Assembly: GCF_004010195.1 (NCBI RefSeq)
Contig: NC_057718.1
Span: 99,491,273 to 99,555,272 of the forward strand
Length of the DNA: 64,000 bases
Reading direction: 5' to 3'
DNA from: Chiloscyllium plagiosum
Taxonomy: Eukaryota
A program made the translations under genes and the position numbers. Positions 49,340 to 62,663 of this stretch are shown here, in pieces. Under the pieces are notes generated by a model. That model was not told the DNA's origin. It saw only the letters and a list, made by a program, of their open reading frames with translations, and made no database searches. Each line of letters begins with the position of its first letter. The first letter of the stretch is position 1.

Positions 49340-50030
49340 AACCTGAACATTTATTCTCATCCCTAATAACCCTTAAAAAGGTGGGAGTAAGCTGCATTCA
49401 TATAGCCCTTTCGGTGCAGGTTAAGGAGTGGAAGAATTTTGATCTAGCAATATTGAAGGGACAAGGATGTATTTCCAAGTCCGGATGGTGAGCGGCTCAG
49501 AGGGGGACTTGCAGGAGGTGGTGTTCCCATCCATCTGCTGCCCTTGTCCTTCCAGAAGGCAGTGGCTGTGGGATTGGAAGCTGCTGTCTAGGAAGTCATG
49601 GTGCACTTCTGCAGCGCATGTTGTAGCTAGTAGACACTGATGCTACTGAGCGTCGGTGGTGGAGGGAATGGATGCTTGTGGATGTGGTGCCAATTAAATG
49701 GGCTGCTTTGATCTGGGTGGTGTCAAGCTTCATGAGTGTGGTTGGAGCTGCACTCATTCCTGTATTCCTGGTGAAGGGCTTTTGCCCGAAACGTCGATTT
49801 TACTGCTCCTCGGATGCTGCCTGACCTGCTGTGCTTTTCCAGCACCACTCTAAGCTAGGCTCTGGTTTCCAGCATCTGCGGTCATTGTTTTTACCGAGCT
49901 GCACTCATCCAGGCAAGTGGGGAATGTTCCATCACACTCCTGACTTGTGATAGATGTTGAGATGGCTTTGAGGAGTTCAGGGATGCTGTAGAATTCCCAG
50001 CCTCTGACCTGTTATTGTAACCACAGTATT
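49340..50030 (-). mobile_element. Second CR1-group LINE 3' end with nested PLE end (49758-49895)
   Basis: 13 bp duplication GAGCTGCACTCAT (49745-49757 and 49896-49908); core variant CTGGTGA-A-GGGC TTTT GCCC-GAAACGTC. Confidence 0.82.
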
Positions 50031-50647
50031 TATGTGGAATATATAAATATATATATATATATATCCGTAGTTATTTGTGTAAAATAAATATAACATCGGT
50101 GATAACATTTCCTGCTTTGTTTTACATTCAAGTCAAAGACTGCCAATACTACAGGGGAATGTCATATTGTAGAGCATTTCCTGTATTCCCTTATTCAGCA
50201 GAGATGTTCCTGTTCTGAATGGACTACTGTAGATATTTTGAATGAAGCGTGTCATTGTGATGGTACTGTTGGCACTTCCTGTGCTACAGGAAAATCCCAG
50301 GCAGACTGCCCTCTGATGCAAGAGATTAATCTTCAGACAGTCTGATTCATGCAAAGCTGGCCGAGTTTAAGACGTGCGCTCTCTGCTTTCCTCTTCCTTT
50401 GTTTTGGAGCAGATAGCTTCTTGGTTCTTTGAAGTGTCGTGTATGAGGATGCACGATGTCCTGCCAACTGAACGCTTTGTATCCGCTAATCGCGAGCCAG
50501 TGCAGGCTCTCTGTCACTCAGTGGGGCATGTTTTGTTAACCTTTGATTCAAGGTTAGTCTTAGCATTTTGATTTCCATACCTTGGAGGGAATATCGCAGA
50601 GGGAGTAACTTATTTTGTCTCTGTTTTCCAAGCAGAGCCATAATCAT

Positions 50648-50920
50648 GGAATCCCTACAGTGTGGGGACAGGCCATTCAGCCCATCGAGTCCACACCGAC
50701 CCTCGGAAGAGCATCCCATCCAGACCCAACCCCCCTACCCTATCCCTGCATTTTCCACGGCTAACCTACACACTATGGGCAAATTAGCACCCACCTAACC
50801 TGCACACCTTTGGACTGGGTGAGGAAATTGGAGGAGACCCACACAGACAGTCGCCCGAGGCTGGAATTGAACCTGGGTCCCTGGCACTGTGAGGCAGCAT
50901 TGCTAACCGCTGAGCCACAG
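50648..50920 (-). mobile_element. HE1-like V-SINE (internally deleted)
   Basis: Head and tail match 5895-6205. Confidence 0.85.
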
Positions 50921-51572
50921 GGATCTGGAGGTATTGGCAGTGTGGCAATGCTCACACTTTAAATCAGATAATGTTGGGTGTCTCTGCCAAATGAAGCAGA
51001 AATTCCCAAAAAGGATCCTGCATATGGATTTGATCCTCTCCTTACTTTGAAGCTGATGTTGTGGCAAAGTATCATCCAAAGGCATCCCTGGCAAATCAAC
51101 ATCAGTCAGTCATCCGTATCCTTATTGCACACAGAATGCTGCCTGACTGATGTTCCTGTGGTAATCCTCACCTTTAAAGAGGCAGGAGCGCTCCATTAGT
51201 GAATTACATGGCTTGCATGTGTCTCTCTTTTTTATTCATTCATGTGATGCAGACAGGTTTGGGCTGACACTGTGCAAGTAACATTCACACCACACAAAGT
51301 GTCAAGCAATGATCATTTCCAACAAGAGAGAATCTAACCATTGCTCTTCAGCATTCAAAGGCATTACTATCACCGAATCCCTCACACCAATATCCTGGGA
51401 GTTGTCATTGACCAGAAACTGAACTGGACTTGCCACATTAATAATTATTTCTATCCCTCGATTCCCATTGACTCCCGTTTCACTAGGGCTCCTTGAAGCC
51501 TAATTGTTGGACCTTCATTTCATTGGCTGTCACTCTCACCTCCCCTCTGGAATTCAGCTCATTTGTCCATGT

Positions 51573-51775
51573 TTAACCCAAGGCGGTAATGAGGTCAGGA
51601 GCTGAGTGACCCTGGGGGAACCCAAACTGGGCGTCACTGAGCAGGTTGTTGCTGAGCAGGTGCTGCTGGATAGCACTGTGGGTGACACGTTCTATCACTT
51701 TACTGATGATCAGGAGTACACTGACGGGGCGGTAATTGGCTGGGTTGGATTTGTCCTGCGTTTTGTGTTTCAGAA
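51573..51775 (-). mobile_element. LINE RT fragment
   Basis: DKSNPANYRPVSVLLIISKVIER..LLSDAQFGFPQGHSAPDLITAL. Confidence 0.85.
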
Positions 51776-52663
51776 TAACATTGAAAGCAAGGCTTCCATT
51801 CTTGTTCCAGCTCTTGGGAGCTATCTCCTTGCCCTCCCCCATGTGAAGTGGTGCTCCTCAAGCTATCTAAGTAATAGTCTCTCTCACATGGAGGATAGGT
51901 GATCACACAGTGGTACTGTCAGAGGGAAGTAATTGAGAACTCCAGGCCACAGCTCTGAGGATAAATGGTTTGAATCTCACCATGTGCTTCCTGGGAGAGT
52001 GGTGGAAGCAGGAACTCTTACAACAAAGAATCTGGGTGAGCATTTAAAATGCTGGGGCACAGTGGGCTATAGACCGAGTGCAGGTAAAAAGGATTAATGT
52101 AGTTTGGTGTTTGCTGATCAGCATGGCAAGGTGGGTTGAAGGTCCTGTTTTTTATGCTGTATGACTGTATGGCAGGCTGGTGAAATTTGAATAGACTCTA
52201 GAAGAAAGAGCTAGCCTAATTATAACCATGTAAGGACTTTCAGTTGTTTAACAACTCAGATGGTTCGCAAATGCCCTTTAGGGAAGGAAACTGCCATCCT
52301 TACCTAGACTGGCTTATACGTGACTCCAGACCCACCGCAAAGTGGTTGACTCTTAAGAACCTCGAGGCAATTAGGGATGGGCAATAAATGCTGGCCTAGT
52401 CAGTGACACCCATATCCCAGGAATGCATCAAAAGGATTATGTTTTTGGTTCCTCTGGTTAATTACTGTCACCTTGCCATTAAATAAAAACATGCCTAATG
52501 GAAACATTAACCCCTTCCATTCATGAATCAATGATGGAAGGCCATGGGTGTAGAACTTCCTAAAGACCTGAGAACCGACTCGAATATTTGGTTGGCGTGA
52601 AATGTTACTTCACTTGGTGAGCATGATGGTTTTCATGTCAGTCTCTCTATTTTCTCCTCTGCA

Positions 52664-52858
52664 TGATGTGGAGGTGCCCGATGTTGGACTGGGGTGAACA
52701 TAGTCAGAAGTCCCACAGTACCAGGCTACAGTCCAACAGGTTTATCTGAAACCACACGCTTTGTCAGGTGCAGTCATTGATGAAGGAGCAGCGCTCTGAA
52801 AGCTTGTGATGTCAAATAAACCTGTTGGACTAAAACCTGGCATCGTGTGACTTTTGAC
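52664..52858. mobile_element. Head-to-head PLE-derived element, AGCT family
   Basis: Inverted GTCCAACAGGTTTAT / ATAAACCTGTTGGAC; core TTGATGA-A-GGAGC AGC GCTCT-GAAAGCTT; flanking TTTCTCCT(C/G)TGCA duplication. Confidence 0.7.
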
Positions 52859-53387
52859 TTTCTCCTGTGCAGTCAGAGGTAAGACAGGACCCAATTCTTT
52901 TCCTGGCTATGAATCTCAAAGGTGACCTGTGCTCAGTCAAAGCCATAGCCAAGTTAAAATGATCAGACCCAAGGTCCCATATTACTCGTAGAGTCCTTCA
53001 TGAAATGTAACAGTTCAGAAACAGTGGAGATGTCTATTGAGGAGTAGGCAATGTTCAGTACCACTCAGACCTCTCTGATATTGAAATAGTCTGTTTTTCC
53101 ATGTAGTAAGACCTGAACAGCATTCAGGCCTAAGCTGATAGGCTGCAAGTGATGTTTGCAAGTAGCTAATACATACCATCTTCAAGTTCCCCTCCAAGCT
53201 ACTCACTGTCCTGACTGGGAAATATGTTGTTGTCCCTTCAATGTCGCTGGGTCAAAATCCTGAAATTCCCTCCCTAATGGCATTATGAGTCTACCCACAG
53301 CACACGGACTGTAGCAGTACAAGAAGGCACCTTCTCAAGGGCAACTAGGGTTGGGCAATAAATCCTCATTCACTATAAATCACCATC

Positions 53388-53690
53388 CTCATGACCTGTC
53401 CCACCTGTCAATCTTCATTCCACCTATCCACTCCACCCTCCTCCCTGACCTATCACCTTTACCCCCACCTCCATCCACCTATTGCACTCTCAACTACCTT
53501 CTCCCCAGCCCCAACCCCCTCCCATTTAATCTCTCCACCCCTGAGGCTTCCAGCCTCATTTCTGAAGAAGGGCTTTTGCCTGAAACGTCGATTCTTCTGC
53601 TCCTCGGATGCTGCCTGACCTGCTGTGCTTTTCCAGCAGCACTCTAATCTTGACTCTAATCTCCAGCATCTGCAGTACCCACTTTCACCA
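53388..53690 (+). mobile_element. PLE 3' end inserted in the tail of a LINE
   Basis: Homologous to 15451-15819. Confidence 0.82.
53562..53589 (+). ncRNA. Minimal hammerhead ribozyme core
   Basis: CTGAAGA-A-GGGC TTTT GCCT-GAAACGTC. Confidence 0.7.
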
Positions 53691-54414
53691 TGGATAATAA
53701 ATGCCAGGCCCAGCCAGCAATGTCCATGTCCCATGAGAAAAAAAATGTTTTAAACCTGTTATTACAAACAAGGTGGGGACCTGCTGAATGGGAGACAGGA
53801 TGGTACAATTATAACATTTAAAAGGCATCTGAATGGGCAAATGAATCGAAAGGGTTTAGAGGGATATGGGCCAAATGCTGGCAAATGGGACTAGATTAGG
53901 TTAGGATATCCGGTCAACATGGACGAGTTGGACCGAAGGGTCTGTTTCTGTGCTGTACATCTCTATGACTCTGTGACTCCATGTAAGGAGTGAAGATGTT
54001 TATGAGTAAGGATTTGGAATCAGCTATCCTGAAAGCATGCTGGGTCAATAGAAACGGAGATGTCCAAGGCATACGTACTATGGATTGTATGGGGTGTGCT
54101 GTCTATCAAACATTTGGAGCTGTAACATCTTATTTCCGGCATTTGCCAGTGATTTTTGGAACATTCTGTCTTTTCAGCCAAAATAGTTTATCCTGATGGA
54201 TTGTAGATAGTTTTAAGTATGAAAGCAAAGTCATTTCCCAGACCTCATTTGAATTTTGCAGGATCATTTCCTTCCAGTGGGATGTAACTTCAGTTCACAC
54301 AATGTTGGTCATTCACAAGTACTGAAGACACTCCTGAATTAAATATGGCCGAACGGTGGGATAGACAAACAGAAACGTGGAATCGTTACAGCACAGAAGA
54401 AGGGCATTCGGCCC

Positions 54415-55345
54415 ATTGACTTCAGAAAGAAAGGAGGAGGACATGCCCCCATCTACATCAATGGAGCGGAGGTGGAGAGGGTGGAGAGCGTCAAGCTTCT
54501 CCAAGTGACAATATCCGACAACCAGTCCTGGACCTCCCGCGTAGATGCGACTGTCAGGAAGGCACAACAACGCCTTTCCTTCCTCAAGCAGCTCAGGAAA
54601 TTCAGCATGTCCATAAGGACCCTCACCAACTTCTACAGATGCACCACTGAACGCATCCAATCTGGGTGCATTATGGCCTGGTATCACAACTGCTCTGCCC
54701 AGGACCATGAGAAACTACAGAGAATGGTGTGCACAGTCCAGACTATTATGGGAGCCAACCTCCCATCCATGGACTCCATTTACACGGCTCACTGCCACAG
54801 AAAGGCTGCCAACATTAAAGATCCTCCCACCCTGGTAACAATCTCCAAAAATTTTTCCATCAGGCAGAAGATACAGAAGCCTGAACACATGCACCAGCAG
54901 ATTCAGGAACAGCTCCTTCCCAGCTGTTATCAGACTGCTGAATGGACCCTCTAGCCTCAAATAATGCTGACCTTGCTAACTTTAATCTCGCCCAGTACAC
55001 GCCCTGTACAATGTAACCTGTAGGCCTCAAACCAAGCCTTTTTGATTTGTATGATCTGCCTGCATTGCTCATTAGGGAGAAAGTGAGGGCTGCAGGTGCT
55101 GGAGATCAGAGCTGAAAAATGTGTTGCTGGAAAAGTGCAGCAGGTCAGGCAGCATCCAAGGAACAGGAGAATTCAGGAAGATGGGCTTATGCCCGAAACG
55201 TTGATTCTCCTGTTCCCTGGATGCTGCCTGACCTGCTGTGCTTTACCAGCAACACATTTTCAGCTCTGCATTGCTCATTAACAAAGTTTTTTGTTGTGCT
55301 TCGATGTGACAATAAATCATTCAACTGATCAATAATCAATCAATC
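54415..55345 (+). mobile_element. Rex1/Babar-type LINE 3' end with nested head-to-head PLE insertion (55075-55265)
   Basis: VERVESVKLL..SWTSRVDATVRKAQQRLSFLKQLRKF..LTNFYRCT; 15 bp duplication CTGCATTGCTCATTA (55060-55074 and 55266-55280). Confidence 0.85.
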
Positions 55346-56559
55346 ATGTCACCTCGGGCTCTCCGGATGAACATTATGACTCAATGCCACTCTCCTGCCT
55401 TTTCGTACTGAGAATGAGCGGATTGCCTCATGAGGAAAGGCGAGACAGGGTTTAGAAGAGGCAGAGATGACTTAATTGAAGCATTTAGGTTTCTGAGGGG
55501 ACTTGACTGGGTGCACATGGAAGGGATGTGAGAGAATCTAGGTTTACGGGCAACAGTTTAAAAATAAACGGTCATCAATTTAAGACGGCGATGAGGGAAT
55601 ATTTTCTCCCAGAGAGTTGTGAGTCTTTGGAATTCCCTCCATCAACAAGGCAATGGATGTAGTGTTTTTTAGTAGAAGTCAATGGATTCCTGATTCCCAA
55701 CGGGATGAAAGCTTCTGGGGGGATATGCAGGAATGTCGAGTTGAAGTTAAAATCATGTTGAGCCACGACCTTTACTGAATGGTAGCGCAGGTTTGAAGGG
55801 CTGAATGGCCTACTTCTGAGGAAAGGTCACTCGACCCGAGACATTCACTCTGATTTCTCTCCACGGATGCTGCCAGACCTGCTGAGCTTTTCCAGCAAAT
55901 TCTGTTTTCGTTTCTGGCCGACTCCTGCTCCCAGTTCGCACGTTTCTCCTGTAACGTTTTTGCGATTTAAGTAATCGTCCACCGTCCTTTTTAACACCTC
56001 ATCGTGATTTCTTTACGGGTTGACTTTGAACGTTGCCAAAGCTTTGCAGCTTGTGCCGATCAGGATGAACGCAAGAACGCCAAATGATCGAATGGTCACT
56101 GCTCTCCCATCAGGCAGAGGGTGATTGGCAACCAGGATTAGAGAGAGAGAGGGACGGACTTTATTTCTGTTTGGTATCACATTTCTGAACCTGTGAAAAC
56201 CTTGAGAGTTGCAGGATGTTCTGTTCATGATGCTGACAGACGTGAAGAGTGAGAGACACATGTAGCAAGCTCAGTTGTCACCCTCTGGCTATAACCCTCC
56301 CCTGCCCCCATCTTTGCAGGACAGCAGCCCTCACTCCCACAGATGGTCACTCGTCCACACGACCTCATCTACAGTCCCAGCCGGTCAAAGGGACAGTTTG
56401 GTCTCTGGGTGTCCTCTCCAGGCTGAGATGAGCAAGAGTCACTCCCTCTAAGGACGGGACGCTGTCCCTTTAAATACTGCTCGCTGGCCTGATTTTGTGA
56501 GCCAGCAATCAGCCAGGTTCCAGGTCTAACCTCTGTACTTGCTCCCCATATGTTAAACC

Positions 56560-57075
56560 AAGTGTGGCGCTGGAAAAGCACAGCAGGTCAGGCATCATCC
56601 GAGAAGCAGGAGAGTCGATGTTTCGGGCTGAAGCCCTTCATCAGGAATGGAGAGGTGGAAGGGGGCTGCGAGATAAATAGGAGGGTGGCACTGGGGGAAA
56701 GGTAGCTGGGAAGGAGCTAGTTAGATGGAGGTGGGTAATGAAGGTGATAGTTCGGAGGGGAGGTTGAAGTAGATAGGTGGGAAGGAAGATGGACAGGTAG
56801 GACGGGTCAAGAGGGCAGTGCCGAGTTGGAGGGTTGGATCTGCGATAACGTGGGGGGGAGGGGAGATGAGGAAACTGGTGAAGTTGACATCAATGCCATG
56901 TGCTTGAAGGGTCCCAAGGTGGAAGATGAGGCATTCTTCCTCCAGGCGTCGGGTGGCTTGGATTTGGCGGTGGAGGAGGACTCGGACTTGCTCGTCCTTG
57001 GTGAGGTGGGAGGGGTAGTTGAAGTTTTCAGCCACAGGGCGGTGGGGTTGTTTGGTGCGTGTGTCCAGGGACTGG
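56560..57075 (-). mobile_element. Penelope-like element 3' fragment: GIY-YIG-region C-terminus, 3' UTR and hammerhead core (56617-56644)
   Basis: Peptide HRPVAENFNYPSH..RRLEEECLIFHLGTLQAHGIDV; reverse complement core CTGATGA-A-GGGC TTCA GCCC-GAAACATC. Confidence 0.85.
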
Positions 57076-57161
57076 ACCTCAGACATCAAAATTAAACTCA
57101 AATGTACCACTGGCACCCCGTTTTGACAGGATTGCAAATTGAGAATTAGTATTTGTAGGCA

Positions 57162-57422
57162 GTCATAGAGTCATCCAGCACGGGAACAGACCCTTCGGTC
57201 CCACCAGTCCATACCGGCCATAATCCCAAACTGAACTTAGTCCCACCTGCCTGCTCCTGGCCCATATCCCTCCAAACATTTCCTGTTCATGTCTTTATCC
57301 AAATGTCTTTTAAACATTGTAACTGTGCCCACATCCACCACTTCCTCTGGAAGTTCATTCCACACAGGAACTCTGTGTTAAAAAGTGTCCTTTTCAAAGC
57401 CTTTCTCCTCTCACCTTAATAA
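57162..57422 (-). mobile_element. CR1 3' tail
   Basis: Same subfamily as 14441-14740. Confidence 0.85.
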
Positions 57423-58189
57423 TATGTCTGTTAAACTCCAATCTCCTCTTGTCCACGATAGGTTTTTTGAAAGAAAAGCCCCAACTGCGTGTTGCTAGTC
57501 ATTCATTGCCCAGAGAGCAGTTGAGAGTCAACCTCATTGCCTTGGTCTGGAGTCACATTGGGGCCAGACCAGGTCAGGATGGCAATCTTTCTTCCCTGAA
57601 GGGCACTAGTGAACCAGATGGGCATTTAAACAACAGTTGATAACATTAACCATTAGGCCAGCTCCTAATACCAAATTCTATCAAATTTAAACTTCCCTGT
57701 TGGGATTTGAACCTACGTCTGGGGTTTTAAATTATTAGCACAGTGGTATTCCTCCTACACCACTGCTTCCCCATACATGGACAGAAATCAGAAATTCTTG
57801 CCGTGCATGACTGCATCAGTTGATGTATTGTTATGAATCTAAACTCGTTTCTTCGAGATTCCAATTTTGTAGAATCATGCAGTTCAGAAAAAACCACTTG
57901 GCCCATCAAGTCTGTACTGCTAGAAAAATGCAACCAGCTAGACTTTCCCACAGAATCATAGAATGATACAGTACAGAATTTAGCTTAATGCTCATGGTAT
58001 CAACACATCTAAAAATGTCTTGACAACACAAACAGTTTGCCAAGGTTGAACTATTTAATTTATAATTTGCAAGAAGGGAAGTTGTGGTGAGAGTAAACAG
58101 GATTGAATGTTTTCTCTGTGCTTGATAGTGGAGTACTTATCAACGTTGCTTTGGGAGTGAGGATGCAGTGAAGACCTGCTCTCTATCCA

Positions 58190-58835
58190 CATGTCTTTTC
58201 CCTAGGGTAGGGGAGTCAAAAACTAGAGGGCATGGGTTTAAGATGAAAGAACTAAGATTTAACAGGGACCTAAGGGACAACCTTCGCACACAGAGGGTGG
58301 TGCATATATGGAATGCATTGCCAGAGGAGGTGGTGGAGGGTGGTACAATTACAACATTATGAAGGCATCTGGATTATTTTTCCCTTTATTCATTCACAGG
58401 ATGAGGCCATCTGTGGCTAAACCAGCATTCATTGCCTGGAGGGCAGTTTAAGAGTCAACCACATTGCTGTGGTCTGGAGTCACAGGTAACGATGCCAGTT
58501 TCTTTCCCCGAAGGACATCAGTGAACCAGATGAGGGTCTTCCCCAACAATGGATTCATGGTCAACATTAAACTTGTAATTTCAGACTTTTTTTTTGTTCG
58601 CCCAAATTCAATCCAACTGCAGGCCTTAAACCCAGGTCGCCAGAACTTTACCTGGGTCTCTGGATTAACAGCACAGCAATGACACCACTAGGCCTTCACC
58701 TCCCAGTGTACATAATGGGGACATGAATAGGAAGGGTTTCGGGGGATATGGGTCCAGGTTAATTTAGGATATTTGATCGGCATGGACGAGTTGGACCGAA
58801 GGGTCTGTCTCTGTGCTGTATGAGTCTCTCTATAT
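58190..58835 (+). mobile_element. CR1 3' end split by an antisense tRNA-SINE (~58378-58705)
   Basis: LFPRVGESKTRGHGFK..WNALPEEVVE; tail resumes at ~58717. Confidence 0.8.
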
Positions 58836-59477
58836 TGTTTTGAAATGTTCCCTGACACACTGACTGTTTGGACCGTGCCAGTGTTCACAAGATACTTAAA
58901 AGATACCATGCATTTCTCCACCTGTGACTTTTGTTATTACAAAGAGCTCTCTTGGCTTAAATCCTGCAGAATTGTCACTATGTCATTGTAAGGTGCTTGT
59001 ATCGCAGGGCGCTGTTCAATATTACTTACAACGTCTTCCAAAAGGTGGAAATCCCAGGGCATTACACATTTGGATACAGCAAAGACCCCCATATCGAATT
59101 TACACCACCCGCATGCATCAAAGGATTCCAAATAGATCCAATTTAATCTTTGTGGTGTCCCACATGACCTTTTTAACATTTTCAATGGCAGTGATCTTTA
59201 AATAGTCGCGAGTGTATGAAATAAAATAGTGAACAGTATCTGTTTGCACATATCACAGCCCCCTTCTCTTCTCCCAAGGCAGCCTAGTCTTGCCAAATGC
59301 ATTCCAAACGATGTTTTGAAAAGCATATTCCCTCCCATTCCGGAATGTAGGCCAGTCTCGCTCTCTGATCTCCCCGGGACGTCTGTCCTGCTCGGTGACA
59401 CACCAATGTGCCAGTTTGGACGGGTGTAGGCTTCCACAGATCCTCCCTCCAATGACATGAGCCAGAAACCTACCCTG

Positions 59478-59730
59478 ATGGAGGCGCTGTCCTTTCACTG
59501 AGTCATTCAATCCAAAGTCCTGTCTGCTCTCCCAGCTGGATGGGAAAGATCCCATGGCGCAGTTCAAAGAAGACCACCCTCCGGGGATATCCCCCCCCCC
59601 CCTCAGCAGATTGGGCAGCCAATCCAATCTGTATTTCATCCAACAGTGAAGAAACGACAATAGCAAGTCGTTGGCTGTAACACATTTTGAGATGTCCTGA
59701 GGTCATCAGGGAGCCATATAAAAGCACAAC
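59478..59730 (+). mobile_element. Deu-domain SINE remnant
   Basis: GGAGGCGCTGTCCTTT..GTCTGCTCTC..GGATG..AAAGATCCCATGGC..GAAGA and a GATGTCCTGAGGTC tail. Confidence 0.6.
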
Positions 59731-62663
59731 CATCTTTTTTCCCTCCTCGTGAAAACATTTCCATTATAAACTCCTGCGACAGAGGCATAACAATATTTGA
59801 CAGCACTTTGTGCAACTGAAGTACAGTGTATTCCCCTCACAGCATGTTTGGTCATCATTGGCAAATTTACTTTCATGCAACAAGGACATTCGCCCTGATA
59901 CAGATACTTAAATAAAGAGATTCTTTGCTTGATGGAATTTGTAAAGTTTGTAATCCGCGATTTAAAAGGAAGTTGCTTTAATTTTGGCAGTTTAGCACAG
60001 CACATTATGGGGCAATTATGATCAACACCCATGAGCAAAATTCCAATCAAAGAAAAGAGAGGAAACGTAGAAAAAGGAGTAGGCCATTCAGCCCCTCGGG
60101 TCTGGTCTACTATTCAATGAGATCACAGCCCTAAGTGTGGCCTATCTCTATCGACCTGCCCCTGACCCATATTCCCTGAACACCTTTGCTAGACAAAATG
60201 ACTAATTATTGCTCAGATTTACTGAGAAAGCAACAGAGTTCGTCTTAACTGAATCCACATTTTACCACGTGCCATAGTAAGATTTGAACCATGCCCTGAG
60301 ATATTAGTCTGGGGGTCTGGGCTACCAGCCCAATGCCACCTCCTCTTCTTTGTTAACAAATGCTTACATTGAAAGAGAGACCTACAACCTGAACTTTCTA
60401 AAGTGCCTTTGATGGAACAACACACATGATAACAGAGGTGCAGAAAGTGTGAATGAGGAGGCCAGTTTTGAGGCTGTTTGTTTTAGAGATGGGGAGAGCT
60501 TGTGGAGTTGGGAACGGAGGGCATCAACGTGCAGAGACATGATACAGTGGAGGCAGAAAGGGATTCAGTGAAATAGGGTCAGGGACAGGGTCAATCTCAT
60601 GTAACCCAGCTTCTTCCTCCTTATCAAACAAGTTTCTGATTGCCTTTTGAAATCCTGCACTGAGCTGTCCTCCACCACATCCTCAGGCAGTACATTCCAG
60701 ACCCGAAAAGGTGACTAACATTTCCCTCCTACCACTTTCGCTCCTTTTACTAATAACTGTAAATCTGCATCCTCAATCCTTTCACGAGTGGGAACAGTTC
60801 CTCTCTATGTCTCCCTGGTATCAGTCCAGATTCCCTCCCAGTTTTGGAATATTTTTGTCAGCCTCCTCCCAGACAAACGGTCCCAGTCAATCGGCCTACT
60901 TGGGCTTTCTCAGGCCTGAGCCTGTTCTTATACACTGTTTCTCCGAGGCCTCACACCGTTCCTGAAGAGTGGCACCCTGACCCGGACACAATATTCCCAG
61001 CTGAGGCCAACCTGCCACTTATACGAGTTCAATATTACCTCCTTACTCTGTACACCTTGCCTCTCTTAATGAAGCTGAAGACACCATATGCCTTAACATT
61101 ATTCTTCCAACCTGCTCTGCCACCTTTAGTGACTTGCACACAGTTCCTCGACTCCCACACTCACCCATTTTCGACTTAATGGTCAGAAAGACCTCTTCTG
61201 TTCCGTACGACTTCATGATTCTTTAGACAGTACCCTTTCTTTTATAACATCCCTCCATTTTCTTCCTACAAACACCTATCAGCTCAGACCTCTCCACATT
61301 GAGCCTAACCTGCCAACTATGTGCCCACTCCACCAACCTATCTTTGCCCTTATGGATGTTAAACTTTCCCCTTGCTGTATACAATGCTTCTATATTTCTT
61401 TCATTAAGAATCACACAGCACCAGGTTATAGTCTAACAGATTTAGTTGGAAGCAATAGCTTTCACAGCGCTGCTCCTCTGGCACCTCCACTTCAAATTTC
61501 TTATTATCTATAAAGCCTGAAGTTGTGCCTCAAACAACCTGGGTGATCCCAAAGTGGAAATTTCAGAGAAAGGGAGGAATAGGGTAGACGCTGAGAGACT
61601 GTTGCCCCTTGGCTCCTGGAGAGAATACAATGACTTGAGACTGAGAGTTGAGGAGGTCTTTATATCGCAGTGGATGGTGTCCATGCCTCTGAGCCATGAG
61701 CTCTGGATTCAAATCCCATCCTGGGACTGAGTGACCAAGGAATTGATAACGCGTTCATGATGTGGCAGAGTGGGGTGAGTTTCAATGACAAGTTCTAACA
61801 TCTTTTCATGACAGTTGGTAGGATTCCTGGCAAGCCATATGTGATCGGAGGAATTGGAGCTTACATTTACCCCTGACTAATACAACTAAACTATACATCC
61901 CTGAACACTATGGGAAAAATTAGCATGGCCAATTCACCCTAACCTGCACATCTTTGGATAGTGGGAGAAAACCGGAGCACCCGGAGGAAACCCACCATCA
62001 CTATCCTTGGCTCTAGACCACAACATGCCTGGAAGAGCACCTTCTGCTTCCCCCTGCTGGCTGGATGGTTGGTGAAGATCAGATTAGCACCAGCAGCGCA
62101 GGGTTCGAGCCCCAATTCCCCCAGGGGTGGAGCTGCCTCTTTATTTTACCCATGGTGCAGTCTGAGGAGCTGTGGATCAAGCCTGTTGCTGGGCAGAGAG
62201 CTGGAGAAGAAGTCAACGAGTAGACTGTCAGCCATTTTGCCTCAGTGCCTCGCTATAATAGATTTAATAGTTCCTACAATAGGTATAATTCACTTTGAGG
62301 ATTTGGAATATTTTAAGACAGAGAGCTGTGGATTCCCAACTCTGCAAGTGCACTTGAGACAGATTTGTTTTAAAATCAAATCGGAATTTTGGGAATTGAG
62401 AGCAGTAATAATTGGACTGGAAAGCGGATTGCTGTCAATGTGTTTGTTCAATGGAGATGCAATCGAAATCCTGCTCCTTTTCCTCATGTTCTCATCAGTG
62501 TAGCACATGAAAAAAACAATATCTATCGCCATGGTGAAGCATTCTTGAAGAAACAATGAACATTGATCCAAGCTCAGCTGAATGATCCTGAATATCGCTG
62601 TCTTTCTCTATTCATGACAGGATGTGGGCATCTCTGAGAAGGTCAGATTTGGCTGCCCACTCC

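Noticed and set aside
61961..62503. 180 aa ORF as host gene
   Set aside because: Starts within SINE sequence, has no recognisable domain and no convincing splice context
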